Part shown: piece after piece, positions 47,901 through 60,075 of the stretch
Layout: the number at the start of each line of letters is the position of its first letter
How positions within the stretch are numbered: the stretch's first letter is position 1
Source of the DNA: Zootoca vivipara
Lineage: Eukaryota
Assembly: GCF_963506605.1 (NCBI RefSeq)
Contig: NC_083291.1
Location: 33,294,001-33,358,000, forward strand
Direction: 5' to 3'
DNA: 64,000 nt
Position numbers and translations under genes: made by a program
Notes under the pieces: generated by a model
Databases searched by the model: none
What the model saw: only the letters and a program-made list of their open reading frames with translations
What the model was told of the DNA's origin: nothing

Positions 47901-50900
47901 AGGAGTCTTGGTGGCTACAAGCACGTCACTGCCTTGTTTAAATGGGCTGGGGGCATTTAAGATGGCTAAGCAGTTCCACCAACAAGTTGAGGAAACACGG
48001 TCTGCGCTGGAGCCTCGTTCACACGTGCGCACTGAAGGGAGCCATGGCGGGTTCGCGGCAGTACCTGCGCTCACGCTCATCCCCCGGTGCCCCGCTGCTC
48101 CTCTCCTCTCCCGTCTCTCCCTCACCCTTTTCTTTCCCCGACGTCCGAAGTATCGACTGTAAGCTCCTCTGGGCAGCGACCTCTTTTTATGCCGCTCGCG
48201 GCTAAAGCACCGCGCGGCACGAAATAATAACAATAAATAAATGTAACGGCGACCACAACGGCAACCTAAGAAAGCTCCCGCAAGGACTTTCCTCCGAGAT
48301 CTTCCTACCAGGGAAGGAGAGGGCTTTTGGCCTCTCTCGCTCTGGGTGACCCTCTTCCCCCAATTTTGGGTAAGATAATGGCGGGTGCGGATCCCTTGCG
48401 AAAACTGACAAAAGGCGGCGATTGTTAAAGACACGATTTGTACAGAACGGGGGGAGGAGAGGAAAAGAAAAGCCGGGGGGGGCACCTGTGGACCTGCTTG
48501 ACCCGACACCGATTCAAAAAGGCGCGGGTGCTTGGGGAGGGGGACCTCTAGGTTTGGTTCTTCTCTCTGCGTCTTTCCTGTCGCCATTGGGGAACATAAG
48601 TCCAGGGAGAGGAAGGGGGACCCTCCGGGACCCCCACCCCCAATTTGCTTTGTTCGCAGAGAAAGCAGCAGCGCCTTCGACCCGGTCGTGACCTTCGCCT
48701 ATCCTTACTATCCCCGCCGCCACCTCCCTCTTCGCGCGCCTCCAGGGTTAGCCACACCCCGACCCGAAGGAGGCTTTGATTTTCGCCTGTTACTTTGCAA
48801 AGTCGAAGCCCCCTGGGTAGAGGCGGCGGCGGCCGGGCTCTGGCAGGCCGAGCACAAAGGCGGGATTGTGCGCCGCTGCTTCGGAGGGAAAGTATTAATC
48901 AGAGAGGAAATTATTGATTTCCACGGCACGTACCATGACGGTGGAGAGAATTTGGCCAAACATCAGAATCCCATATATATATATATTTATCCTCAGACAA
49001 AAATAAAAAAAATAAAAAAGCCAAGCACCACCAAGAGCAGGCAGGAGGACAGCGCAATCTCTCTCCACAAACCCTTCGACTTCTTGCTGCTGCTGCTGCT
49101 GCTGCAGTTGAGCAGGCGGCGGCGGAGGAGGCGCAAAGTGTGGCTCTTCGGCGAAGGCCCGAAGCAGACGAGCGGTGGGCTGCAAAGTCCGGCGCGGCGC
49201 AGGCGGGGAGCGACCCGCCCAAAGGGACGAGCGTTCGCACGGCACCGGGCAAGCGAGGAAACCGCGCTGGCCGCGCCTGGGCTCGCCGATCTTCCCAACC
49301 CCGCTTGGATCGTGTTTTACTCGCGCGGCTGCTTGAGTCGGAAGGAAATTGGCCTCCCAAAATTGGAGAAATGCCACTTTCTGTGCCGCCCGATTTGCAA
49401 CACTTCCAAGCTGGAGCGGTGCACTTTAGCGGAAGGGAGGGTGGCAGAGCGAGGGAGAGAAACCGTGCACGCGAGGGGGGAGACAGAAGTGGCGGGGTGG
49501 GGAAGGGGGAGAGAGAGATAGAGACCGAGCAAGCGGAGCCGCGCCGTGAGTTGGCTTTGCACTCTTTCGGGGGCTCGGTTCCTCTCTCCTTCCCTCCCTC
49601 CCTCCCTTTTTCTGCCCCGACCTACAGCCCCACTACTACTCTATTTCTGGGTGTGGGGAGAGAGCGCGAAGGAAACGCGCGCGCCGGAGTGACTGGGCGA
49701 AATCGCGGCGGCCGCCGCCTTCGAAGTTCAGTCGAGGCCGCTTCTGAGCCAAAAGAAAGGAGGCGGGGGGGGGGGAGGAAGAGGAGAACGGGAACGGAAT
49801 CTGGGGTACCGAGAAGCGGATGGAAAGCTAGAGAGATCAAGAATCGTGGACCAAAGGTGGCCCCTAGTGAGTGTGCACCGGGGGGGGGGGAGAGAGAGAG
49901 AGAGAAGGAAACCAAATGATCTGGGGCGGGGGTGGGATTGGAGTAGAAGAGGGGCGTCTTCCCCGAGTGGCAAGGAATCGGAGGACGTGGAGAGGAAATT
50001 GCCCGAGGAGTTCAGCTGCTGCTGCTGGAGCGGTAAAGGATCGACCCGGGATCTGAACATCTCAAGAGAGGGGGAAGGAGGACCCCCCCCCCCGATTCCA
50101 GGCCCTGCCTTGTGCAACGAACACCGCGCGCGAACACACAAAAACTTCGCTCTGGTTTCTTCTGATTCCCCCCCCCGCCCCCGTGGGAGTGAGGGTGGGA
50201 TTTCATCCTTTATGTCGAAAAGGAGTTTGAGCCAAACCAAAACTAGGTAACGGATGCGGCCGAGGCGGGAGGAGAGAAACGCCCCACCCGCCACGTTTGC
50301 TGCCCTGGAAATCTAGGCCGGCCCTGCTTTGACTCCTCCGCCGCCGACTGACTCCCGTTTGGCACTTCCCCCGCCCCCAAAGACAGGAATGGCTCCGGGG
50401 ATCCTCCGTAACGTGCGCGAGGCTTGTTTTAACGAGCGGCGGCCCCGACCCCGCCGCTTCTTTCGCACGGAGCCGGCTGCCCCTCTCTTCAGGAGGGGGG
50501 GGGGCGCCTGGACAAAGACGTCCTGCCCCGTTTTCCTCTACTCAGAAACAATGACTTAGACCCTCCCTTCAGAAGCCAGAGAACAGCCAAGCTTTCGGGA
50601 TTTTTTTTTCTTTTGGCGGGAGGGAAGCCGCAGAACCAAACGCGCCGAACTTCTCCGCGCCAAGTCCGCGCACGCGCCCCTTCCGCCTCGGCTCGCTCAC
50701 CCGCCGGCCAGCGAGCGAGCACTGAGGGAAAAGTTCAGGCGCGAGCCTGGCGGGGTCAAGCGGGCGGGGGGGGGGAGCCTTTCGCCTGCCTAGCTCTTCT
50801 CCTAGGGCCGGGTGCGCGGACAGCTGGCTGCGGCCCAGCTCCAGCCTCCCCCTTCAGCTGGACCGGGCTGCGGGGTGGGGGTTGGCGGCGAGGCTTGCGC

Positions 50901-51014
50901 GCCTCAGGCGGAGAGGGACGTAGCTGAACACTCCTATGTGGGGTGTGTACGTGCTGCCTTGTGGCCGCCTCCCCGCTTGCCATGGAACTAGCTGAGGCAC
51001 GGTCGCTCCGAGCG

Positions 51015-51185
51015 GCTCTATTGGCGTCCCGCGCTCCGGCGTCCTCCTTCGCGCCTCGCCTCTCGCCGCCGCGAGCGCAGGGGCGTTGTGAGCGGCGCTG
51101 CGCCGTCTAGCTTGCCTTTCGGCCTCCGCGCCGAACGCCGTCACGTGGAGACTAATATGCTAATCAAGGCAGGTGACGCATAGAA
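51015..51185. promoter_or_regulatory. Promoter-type motif cluster: reverse CCAAT (about 51020), E-box GTCACGTGG (51140-51148), octamer-like ATGCTAAT (51157-51164), CRE-like TGACGCA (51174-51180)
   Basis: Motifs read directly; function is inferred. Confidence 0.5.
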
Positions 51186-51570
51186 GGGCGGAGGGGGAGG
51201 GAGGGAGAGACAGAGAGGCTTCCTGCGGGGCTCGCCGCGAGCTTCCCCACCCCGGGAAATGCCCCGTCTCGTGGGAATGGGCGCTCAAGTGCGGGTCGCC
51301 GGGAAGCTCTGCGCCCTTCGCTGTCCGAGAGAGGCGGTCCTGCGCGCGGTTGCGGCGGTCATCTTGGGGGCCTGTTGAACCCAGCGCGAATTTGCTTCCC
51401 GAGTAATCGGAGCCACCGCGTCAGGTTGAGAGAGGGGAGGAGCGGGGAGGGCTTCGGCTCGAGTCCGTTTTCATACCTCACACGGGTGGAGAGAAAAAGA
51501 GAAATAAAAGAGAAACTTCCAAGCGTCTTTTTTGTAAAAAGCTTTTTGGGGTGGTTGTTTCTGTGTGTTG

Positions 51571-51571
<1 letters not shown>

Positions 51572-51607
<36 letters not shown>
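51572..51607. repeat. (CA)n microsatellite
   Basis: Direct reading. Confidence 0.95.
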
Positions 51608-51612
<5 letters not shown>

Positions 51613-51845
51613 CCCCCTTTCATTTTCTTTACCCGAAAATAAAATAGTCGATTAAATAATTATCAGAAACCCAGTTTATTGTTGTTGTTTTTACATTTAT
51701 TAACGTCGTCGCCATCAAGTCCCAGGTGAATGAGATGTATTCCACGGGCTGCTAAATCCCTATTTTCTTCGGGCCCATCATGCGCTCCCCAACCTTAGAT
51801 TAATCAACCTGGTTAATCTGGTTCTAGACAGTTGTTGTGTTTTAT

Positions 51846-51934
51846 CATAGCTGCCAAGTTTTCCCTTTTCTCGCGAGGAAGCCTATTCAGCATAATGGAA
51901 AATCCCTTTAAAAAGGGATAACTTGGCAGCTATG
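51846..51934. mobile_element. 89-bp MITE with perfect 15-bp TIRs
   Basis: TIR catagctgccaagtt / aacttggcagctatg; 7-bp flanking repeat gttttat (51839-51845 / 51935-51941). Confidence 0.85.
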
Positions 51935-53830
51935 GTTTTATACGGTGCTATTGGCGAGCTGCTCTGAAGACGCTGCTCGATCCGGTGTTACTTTCGGCAA
52001 CAGGTTCAAAGTGGTTCTTTTGTTTCCCCCTCTACTTGGTTTGGATTTCCAGCTGAAATGGCTCTAAAGGAACCAGCCCGTGTAGACAGTCCGGCTGCAA
52101 AGCGGAGCGCCTAGCTTGGAGAAGGGAGGGATGGCGGGCGGCGAGTCCCACCCGATTAGTCCCTGGCCTTTCAGCCTTTCCGACCGGGGCCGCTGCAGCC
52201 GAACGGCTGCGAGGAGGGCCGCCCGAAGCGCGACTCGAGGCAGCGAGGAAGCACCTTTGCGCTTGGCAACCCACATCTCCCTTCGGAGCTCAGGCAGCCC
52301 GAGTCCCACAAGCCACTTCTTACGTGATTTGGTTGCCTCTTAGGCCCCGATCCTAGCCACGTTGCACATAGGTCGCGATCCTCCTCCTAAGCAGCTTGAC
52401 TGGGGAAGTTAAGCCTCCTGGCATTAAGTGGGGCTGGCTGCCTTAGTCGCTATCCCGCCTAGGATCGCTCTGCGCGCAAGTCCCATCCGTTTCAAGGAAG
52501 CACGTTTGGGGGATCTCTCTCTTTCAGTCTCTAAGGAGAGCCATCTCAAGCCTCTCACCTTTCCTTCCTTGGTTTAAGCGAGTTGTGGGGAACGCTAACG
52601 TATTTGATGCTGGTGTCACTGCGCTTAATAATATTAATATTAACAACACCAACACCTTACGCTGGAGGCATTGCACACCCAGCAGAGAAGGGCGCTGCTG
52701 GGCCAAGAGTTGACTTCTTCACCTTTACCTCTTTGGGCGCCCACCCCACTGGCCAGTTCAGCCTCCGCAGCATTTGCAAAGCAGCCGCTTCTTGGGTGCC
52801 GTTTCATTTTCTGGAAGCTTCCGCGCAATTTCCCTGGGTGATCCAGTCAGAGACAGGACTGTGGGGAGCAGGCACTGGGATCAGGAAAATGCCCTGGGAA
52901 TGGCCCACCCAGAGCGAAGTCCTTTCAAAGGGGAGAGCCGAGTAGTTGCCGCTCTTTACCCATCTCATTGAAATCCATGAGACTTGAAGGAATTTCGGTT
53001 TGTCTGCATCCTGCTGCTCTCTATTCCCCTAGCCCCCACACTTTTCAGGAAGCACAAAAATAAGGCTGAAAGCGGTTAGGAAAAGAAACTTTCCCCCCAA
53101 AAGTAACTTTGGTAAGGAGCGCAGCAGGGATCCGTTTCTAATACGACGCAACTTGCAGCCTTAGAAGGGAGGCGGCTCTCGCGGAGTTCCCGTTCATTTC
53201 AGTGGGGCTTGCGCAGCAGACCTTGCTGGACTGAGACCCGTGTTCTGTTTTCGTGATATATTTAGCCGAAAAGAACTTCCACTAGAAGTTGGTCAGATGC
53301 AGCATTTAAAGGGAGATATGCCAGTCGGGAATTTAAAAAATAATAGTGAATCAGAGCCAACAATAATTGCATACTTATTCTTCACGATTTTAACGTTGCA
53401 CAAGAAAAAGGCGCTAGGCAATTAGCTCCAGCCTTTCTTTCATATAAGGAAGAGTTCAACATTTTGTACGAATTGGGGAAAGTGAGCCTTTAGATGCTGC
53501 GTTTGTTTCCTCCAAACGCCCCCAAATTAAAAAGCCGGCGGTCCCCCATAAATCTGTGACATTTTTTATCTGTTTGTTTGTTTCCCAAGTATTCGCAACT
53601 TCCTAAGAAAAGACTTATGTGGTTTTGTTGGCTGATGTGCTTTAATTACAACATTTCCCCCTTTTCCCTGAGGGTGAAAAACCAATATTAAAAAAATAAA
53701 GATTATTAAAGGAAACGGATCTTCCAGCATTAGTTAGAATTTAGGAATCCTCAAACCATCGAAACTAAGTCAAATCACGGAAATTTCCTTCCCCCGACCC
53801 CTACCAAAGGAAAAACTAAACAGTGCATAG

Positions 53831-53834
<4 letters not shown>

Positions 53835-53863
<29 letters not shown>
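53835..53863. repeat. (CA)n microsatellite
   Basis: Direct reading. Confidence 0.95.
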
Positions 53864-53868
<5 letters not shown>

Positions 53869-55530
53869 CTACTAAATTGAAATCAAAGTAAGTTTTAATT
53901 TAAAACAGTATCTTTGCTGGCCAGTTTCATCACGGCCTTTGCTTTTTGTCCAGGTGTTTGTTTTAAAGCAGCGCGTCACACTTTTTACTTGAACATTCCC
54001 ATTTCTTTCTACAACGAAATAGACATTTTCCTGCTTTCCAGGGTAAATCTAAACATTTCGGATGCGAGGGCGGGTAGTGGGACCGGGGGGAGGCCGTCTC
54101 CGGGACGCCTACCTGGGAGTAAGTCCCAGTGATCTCAGCGGGACTTGCGAGCAGGAAAGCAGCTTTTATTTATTTCAGAAGGTGCGTCTCTCGGCACCAA
54201 TAAACGCAGCGAAATGACACTTTGGATGTGTTACATTCGTGTGTGTGTGTGTCCCACTTATGAGAAAAAAACAACAACCACCCTCCAAATCTCAGCAGGG
54301 ACACAACGCAGGGGCGTCAGCCCCTTTGCGCAGAGACCTGTTGTGGACATGGATTTGCTGCGCCTGGTTGATTTTCGAAAGTGCCAGGGAAAGGAGGCGT
54401 CCCAGAAGAAATACCTGATCTGCATTTGTCATTTGAACAGCAAAAAAGAATGGAAAGAGGAGAGGAGGAAAAGCCATAGCATAGAGCCATGGTTAGAAAA
54501 ATAATTTGTGAAACGCACGATGCGCGTGGAAAGTGGAGAAAGCAACCCAGCCAGCTAAGCCTCCTTATTATCAGCCTATTTGAACCGATACTGCCTTTTG
54601 AGTGGCAAAGTCTGCCCCTCCGCAAGCAAACAGCGGAATCCTGCGCGTATTTTGCACAGCGATTGCCAAGTGACCCATTGCCGCTGTTGGATGGGAATAC
54701 TGAGGCAGGGGAGTCAATTGAAGGGCCCTGCGGTCCGAGCTCCTAGCCTGCGTGTCCCCACCCCAAAACGCGCGCGCAGTGGCTCCGCAACGCGACACGA
54801 CTCCCCGCCCTGCGCGCATTCTGTGGCTGCTTATATAGGGCAAGGCAGCAAGATGATCTCCCTGAGGGGCTGGAGGCCAAGAGGACGGACCCAGCTGGGT
54901 CACTCTCAGCAGTACTTTAGCCAGCTGGTCTCTCTCTCTCTCTCTCTGGACTACCAAGGGAGTCTTCCCCCACCACGGCCAAAGCTGGCGCTGGCAGTGC
55001 CCCCGTTCAGCAGATGCTGAACGCCATGCGATGATGTCTCCTAATTTTGTTGTTTTGTTTAAAACACACGCACAATGTTGTTCGCAACTCTGCCCAGCGG
55101 CCAAAGGGCCTCTCCTCTAAGGAATGGGGGGGGGGAGGGCGGGATATTCCCCACAGGCCCGGTTGAGCTTGCCGCTTCCTTTGCACATCGTGGGAACATG
55201 CCGCCCAGCGTTGCAGATAGCCTCAGCCTGGTACAGGTCTTTGCAAGCCAGGAGTCAGTCGCTCCCCGGGCCTCTAGCTGTGGTATGGAAATAGAATCCG
55301 TATAACAGGGGAGGGGGCGGAGAGCTGTGAATCAGGAGGTCTCCTTTGGGCTCGGAGACCCCAACTACAGAGCTAAAATATAAAACCATAGAGCTGGAGA
55401 GGAAGCTCAAAAGGTCCTCTAGTTCATGACGCATGAAAGCCACTTTTTACAGCACCCACGAGAGGAGGCCATTCAGCTATCAAGGATGCTGCTGCTGTGC
55501 GGGGTTTATTGCACTGGCAAAGGACAGGGC

Positions 55531-55699
55531 ATGATGGAGAGGGTGCCAGAATGGCAGGATGCTGATGAGGGGCTGGAGTCTGACTTGGGAGAGGGGGTCA
55601 GTGATTTGTGGGGAACTGCTCTGGCCAGGAGGCAGGCGAAGCTTCAGAGCAAGAAGGTGGAGTGCAGGGTGGGTCAGAAGAAGAGGAAGAAGCAGCCAG
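55531..55699 (+). CDS. Candidate first or alternative coding exon of an unidentified host gene (MMERVPEWQDADEGLESDLGEG...GQKKRKKQP)
   Basis: ATGATGG Kozak context; open frame with protein-like composition; strong donor CAG|GTGAGT at 55699/55700; upstream GC box (about 55314) and TATAAAA (55379); possible acceptor ttttacag at 55450. No homolog recognised. Confidence 0.4.
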
Positions 55700-56350
55700 G
55701 TGAGTCAAGAGCCATGTATATCCTCACCCTCTTCTGCACCACTGTGTCTCAGAACCAGGTGGGGATTGAAAAGGGATGAGCAAAGGAAGTTTCCACACAG
55801 GCCCAGTCTCTGGCTGTTTGTGCACAGCCCAGGAGGAGAAGGCACCAAAACTGGTGGAGGGGGAGAGGCTCCCTGTTCCTGCAACTGTTCCATGAAGTGT
55901 GGACCTGGGAATAGCTGCCTAGCCATTATTAGATTGTTGTGCATAGATATCCAGAACTGTAGAAGCAACTGTGCTATTTTTAACAATAAATAGTTAAATA
56001 TCTGCCGTTTGCCTTCTTTTGGCTGCGAAGCACCCTTGATGGAGTGAGGGGGTCACAGAATTACTTCTTAAAACCTTTTCAACGTTTTAATAAGAGATGC
56101 ACACAGAGAGAAGTCTCTGAGTATAATTTTTTTTTTATCAATCAAATATGTGTCCTGTCCATTCTCCAAAGAGCTCCGGTTACCTTTAGAATAACATCAC
56201 AACAATATTGTGAGGCAGACTGCATTAAGCTGAGTGTGACTGGTCCAAAGCCATTTTGTGAGTTTGGGGGAAAGGAAGGGCTAGAACCCAATTCTCTCCA
56301 GCCCCAGCCCAACATCCTGTCCAGTCCTTAGAAGCATTCTAGGTCTACAG

Positions 56351-56732
56351 CAGGGGTGGCCAACTTCCAAGAGACTGTGATCTACTCACAGAGTTAAAAA
56401 ATGGCAGTGATCTACCCCCTTTTGGGGGGTTCAGGTCAAAGTTGTTGAGCTTTTTTTATGAAAAAAAGCCCTGGTTTTTTGGGTTCATGTAAAAGTCATT
56501 GAGCTTCTTTAGTTTAGAAAGGAAGCGATACTGAGCTTTTTTTAGGAAGAAAAGCCCTGTTTTTGGTGGTTCAGGTCATTTTAGGGGTGCAGGGCAAAGT
56601 TGTTGGGGGTATTTTAGGGGAGCCAAAGTTTTTTAGCTTCTTTGGGGGGGGGAGCCACTGATCTACCGGTGATCTACCACAGACATCCAGTGATCTACCG
56701 GTAGATCACGATCTACCTGTTGGACATGCCTG
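56351..56732. mobile_element. hAT-Charlie/Buster-type non-autonomous element
   Basis: Ends caggggtggccaac / gttggacatgcctg; repeated GATCTAC subterminal motifs; perfect TSD gtctacag with central TA. Confidence 0.9.
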
Positions 56733-57861
56733 GTCTACAGTATAAGTGTCTTCACTGTTGGCCCAGGACACAATGACAAGGAAGAAGACGCCTGGTGGGT
56801 CTGCGTTGCCATGAGGCATATTGGAAAGCAATAAATCACACTAAATGTAAGAGACAGTGTCCATCCAGGCAACTGGAAACTCATTACCATAGGTAGTTAT
56901 CCTCAGTGACACTGCAACTGGGAGTAGAAATTACTAGTTGCAGCATGATTAAGGCTGTTTGTGGGGCAGTGTGAGGTGGGAAGAACTTTGCATCCTTAAT
57001 CCTCTGAAGCCACAAATCCTCAGTGTGCAGTGCCTCTAAGGAGGCACAGTTGCTGGCGAAGGCACAAATCACCCTCTGTCCCCTTCCCACTTATGGTTGT
57101 GCCTGTTGGTTGGGCAGGGAATCCTCCCTTCCAGCCCTACAATAAGCGAATTCCCTCAAGAGGGCACAGCTTGCATGAGAAATGAGGGTGTGGTACCACT
57201 TCCAACGTTTCATGGTTCTCTGGGGTGTTTGTCCTCAGGGAATTCCAAGCACACCATGGGCCTTGCCCTGCGTTCTCTCCCTTGATCTTCGAAATTTCTC
57301 CCACGGTCAGCTGGAATGCCAATTGCCAAAATATTTGTTATTCCTATATATAGTGGCAATTTTTCAGCTAGGCCATGGCCCTTGAAATTCAGGAATTAAA
57401 AACGATGACATTTATCTCCAGAATGCAAAACTTCACCTTTTATCTCTGTGGATCAAGGTCTTGTGCAAGGTACAGGGTCAGGTCAGGTCTCTCTGAGTGT
57501 GTCTCACGCCCTTGTCAATCCTAACCATATAGCTGAAACTATTCCCTTGATCTTTAATTTGCTTCTTTTAAGCATGTGCAAGGATTGGTGCAATTATTGC
57601 CCCTTGTACAGTGCCTCTGTGCTACTGGTGCCTCTGTCCTGCTGAAAACAGACTGTGTTGGTCCCTAATATTTTTCATGGCTACAGGGTGCCATTTGGGA
57701 GGGCTGGAGACCCCCCCCCAGGCCTCTTCCTGACACGTGATGTCACACTTGCATGACAGACCCCCACAAAGTTGGGCAGAACCTGGTGGCTATGATGCTT
57801 ACCATGATCAATGTGGACAGCACAGTACGAAATCACGACAAAATCAGTATAACTGCCACTA

Positions 57862-58220
57862 AAGGTAAAGGGGCCCCTGACCATCAGGTCCAGTTGTGTC
57901 TGACTCTGGGGTTGCGGCGCTCATCTCGCTCTATAGGCCGAGGGAGCCGGCGTTTGTCCACAGACAGCTTCTGGGTCATGTGGCCAGCATGACAAAGCTG
58001 CTTCTGGAGAACCAGAGCAGCACACGGAAACGCTGTTTACCTTCCCGCCGGAGCGGTCCCTATTTATCTACTTGCACTTTTATGTGCTTTCGAACTGCTA
58101 GGTGGGCAGGAGCTGGGACCAAGCAACGGGAGCTCACCCTGTTGCAGGGATTCGAACCGACAACCTTCTGATCAGCAAGCCCTAGACTCTGTGGTTTAAC
58201 CCACAGCGCCACCTGGGTCC
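57862..58220 (-). mobile_element. Full-length Sauria SINE
   Basis: Very similar to 44568-44939; 9-bp TSD ctgccacta (57853-57861 / 58221-58229). Confidence 0.93.
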
Positions 58221-58317
58221 CTGCCACTACCCTATACTAATTAGTAGGGCCTCTTCCTTAAGATACTATTCCAGACTTAGAATGGCCACCTTCTGCTGCA
58301 GTCTAAAACAGTACAGC

Positions 58318-58385
58318 CTGGAATTCTAGATGACCCTTGAGATCCCTTTCAACTCTACAATTCTAAGATTCTATTATTCTAATTC
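58318..58385 (+). mobile_element. CR1 extreme 3' tail
   Basis: ctagatgacccc..gatccctttcaactctacaattctaagattctattattct. Confidence 0.65.
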
Positions 58386-59263
58386 CACACTCTCTTCCCC
58401 CACCCCACCCCACCCTACCCCAAAATCCAGTGTATTGATGTCATTCTATCATGCCAAATGAGGTGGTGAAATTCCGCACGGGACCATTTTAGACTGTAGC
58501 GGGAGGTGGCCATTCTAAATCTCCCTCACGTTTTGGTTTGAAAGGCTACCTGTAGCCTTTAAAAACAAACAAACACGGGACTGTGTTCAAAAATATGACA
58601 CTACTGCCGTCTGAAGAGGCACAGCCCAAAATTCTACCACCATGTTTGTCTCTGTTGTGTAAAACAGCTAGTAGAAGTCAATAACAAGCATGGTCAAAGT
58701 CAAAAGCAGGCAGCATTCAGAGTTGTGAAAGACCACAAAGGCTCCCGTGATATTAGGGATCTTTGAGCTCAAACCAGGAAACTGTTGGCCTGGAGGAGGG
58801 GCCTCACCTGCTGAGCTACATGGGACTGTGATTCACCAGGGCCTTCAGGCCAAATGTTGCTGCTGGGAGTCTGAAGCCTCTGAACTGGGCAGCTCTTACA
58901 AAGATTTGACTGGTGGTCAGCAGAGTAGTAACCCATCATTGCCAGTGTTGCCTTGGCACATGGGATGTGACCATCACCACTAGGGTTTTTTGGATTCTAG
59001 TTTATTCAAAAGGCAAAACAAACAAACAAACAAAAACCCACCCTGCTTCACATGGCTTAGGAGGTTGCCTAAGTGGCAACCTTTGCCAAATTATTGCTGG
59101 TGAATGTTGCTGCTGACACCAACCTTGCAAGCCTCCTAATAGGATCCTCCATTGGTTTCAACTCTTGCTGGACGCAGGAATTAGAAGGGATGCAGGCACA
59201 CAGCTTAACCACCCCACCACCCCAAAAGCAACTCACAACACCTGGCTTGTTGCCGCTCTTGGC

Positions 59264-59306
59264 TGTCTGTCTGTCTGTCTGTCTGTCTGTCTGCCTGTCT
59301 GTCTGA
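59264..59306. repeat. (TCTG)n microsatellite
   Basis: Direct reading. Confidence 0.9.
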
Positions 59307-59344
59307 CACTAACCCTGGTGGTTCTGTTGATGCTGCACTGTAGC

Positions 59345-60026
59345 ACTTGTCTGAATGGACTCTCAGCTGTCCATGGAGGCACAGGTCAATTCTGTGTCCA
59401 GGGCAGCTGTCTACCAGCTTCATCTGGTATGCAGGCTGAGACCCTACCTGCCCGTGGACTGTCTGACCAGAGTGGTGCATGCTCTGGTTATCTCCCGATT
59501 GGACTACTGCAATGCGCTCTATGTGGGGCTACCTTTGAAGGTGACTCGAAAATTACAACTAATCCAGAATGCAACAGCTAGACTGGTGACTGAAGCAGCC
59601 GCTGGGATCATATAACACCGGTCCTGAAAGACCTACATTGGCTCCCAGTACATTTCCGAGCACAATTCAAAGTGTTGGTGCTGACCTTTAAAGCCCTAAA
59701 TGTCCCTGGCCCAGTGGGCCTATACCTGAAGTAGCGTCTCCATCTTCATCGTTCAGCCCGGACACTGAGGTCCACCTCTGAGGGCCTTCTGGTGGTTCCC
59801 TCCCGGCGAGAAGTGAGGTTACAGGGAACCAGGCAGAGGGCCTTCTTGGTGGTGGCGCCTGTCCTGTGGAATGCCCTCCCATCAGATGTCAAGGAGATAA
59901 ACAACTACAAAACTTTTAGAAGACATCTGAAGGCAGCCCTGCTTTTTTTAATGTCTAATGTTTTACAATTTTTTATGTGCTGTAAGCCACCCAGAATGGC
60001 TGGAGAAACCCAGCCAGATGGGTGGC

Positions 60027-60073
<47 letters not shown>
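59345..60073 (+). mobile_element. L2 LINE 3' fragment with (ATT)n tail
   Basis: DSQLSMEAQVNSVSRAAVYQLHLVCRLRPYL..VHALVISRLDYCNALYVGLPLK..LQLIQNATARLV. Confidence 0.93.

Positions 60074-60075
<2 letters not shown>

Larger units (their letters stand above)
47290..52480. promoter_or_regulatory. Large CpG island, probable promoter region of an unidentified host gene
   Basis: About 5 kb of high GC with abundant CpG against a CpG-depleted background; almost TE-free; GC boxes; boundaries approximate. Confidence 0.85.

Noticed and set aside
48532-49919. Long ORFs of 329 aa and 259 aa in the CpG island
   Set aside because: Low-complexity R/G/P/L-rich translations crossing simple repeats, non-ATG starts and no domains; stop-codon scarcity is expected in GC-rich DNA.
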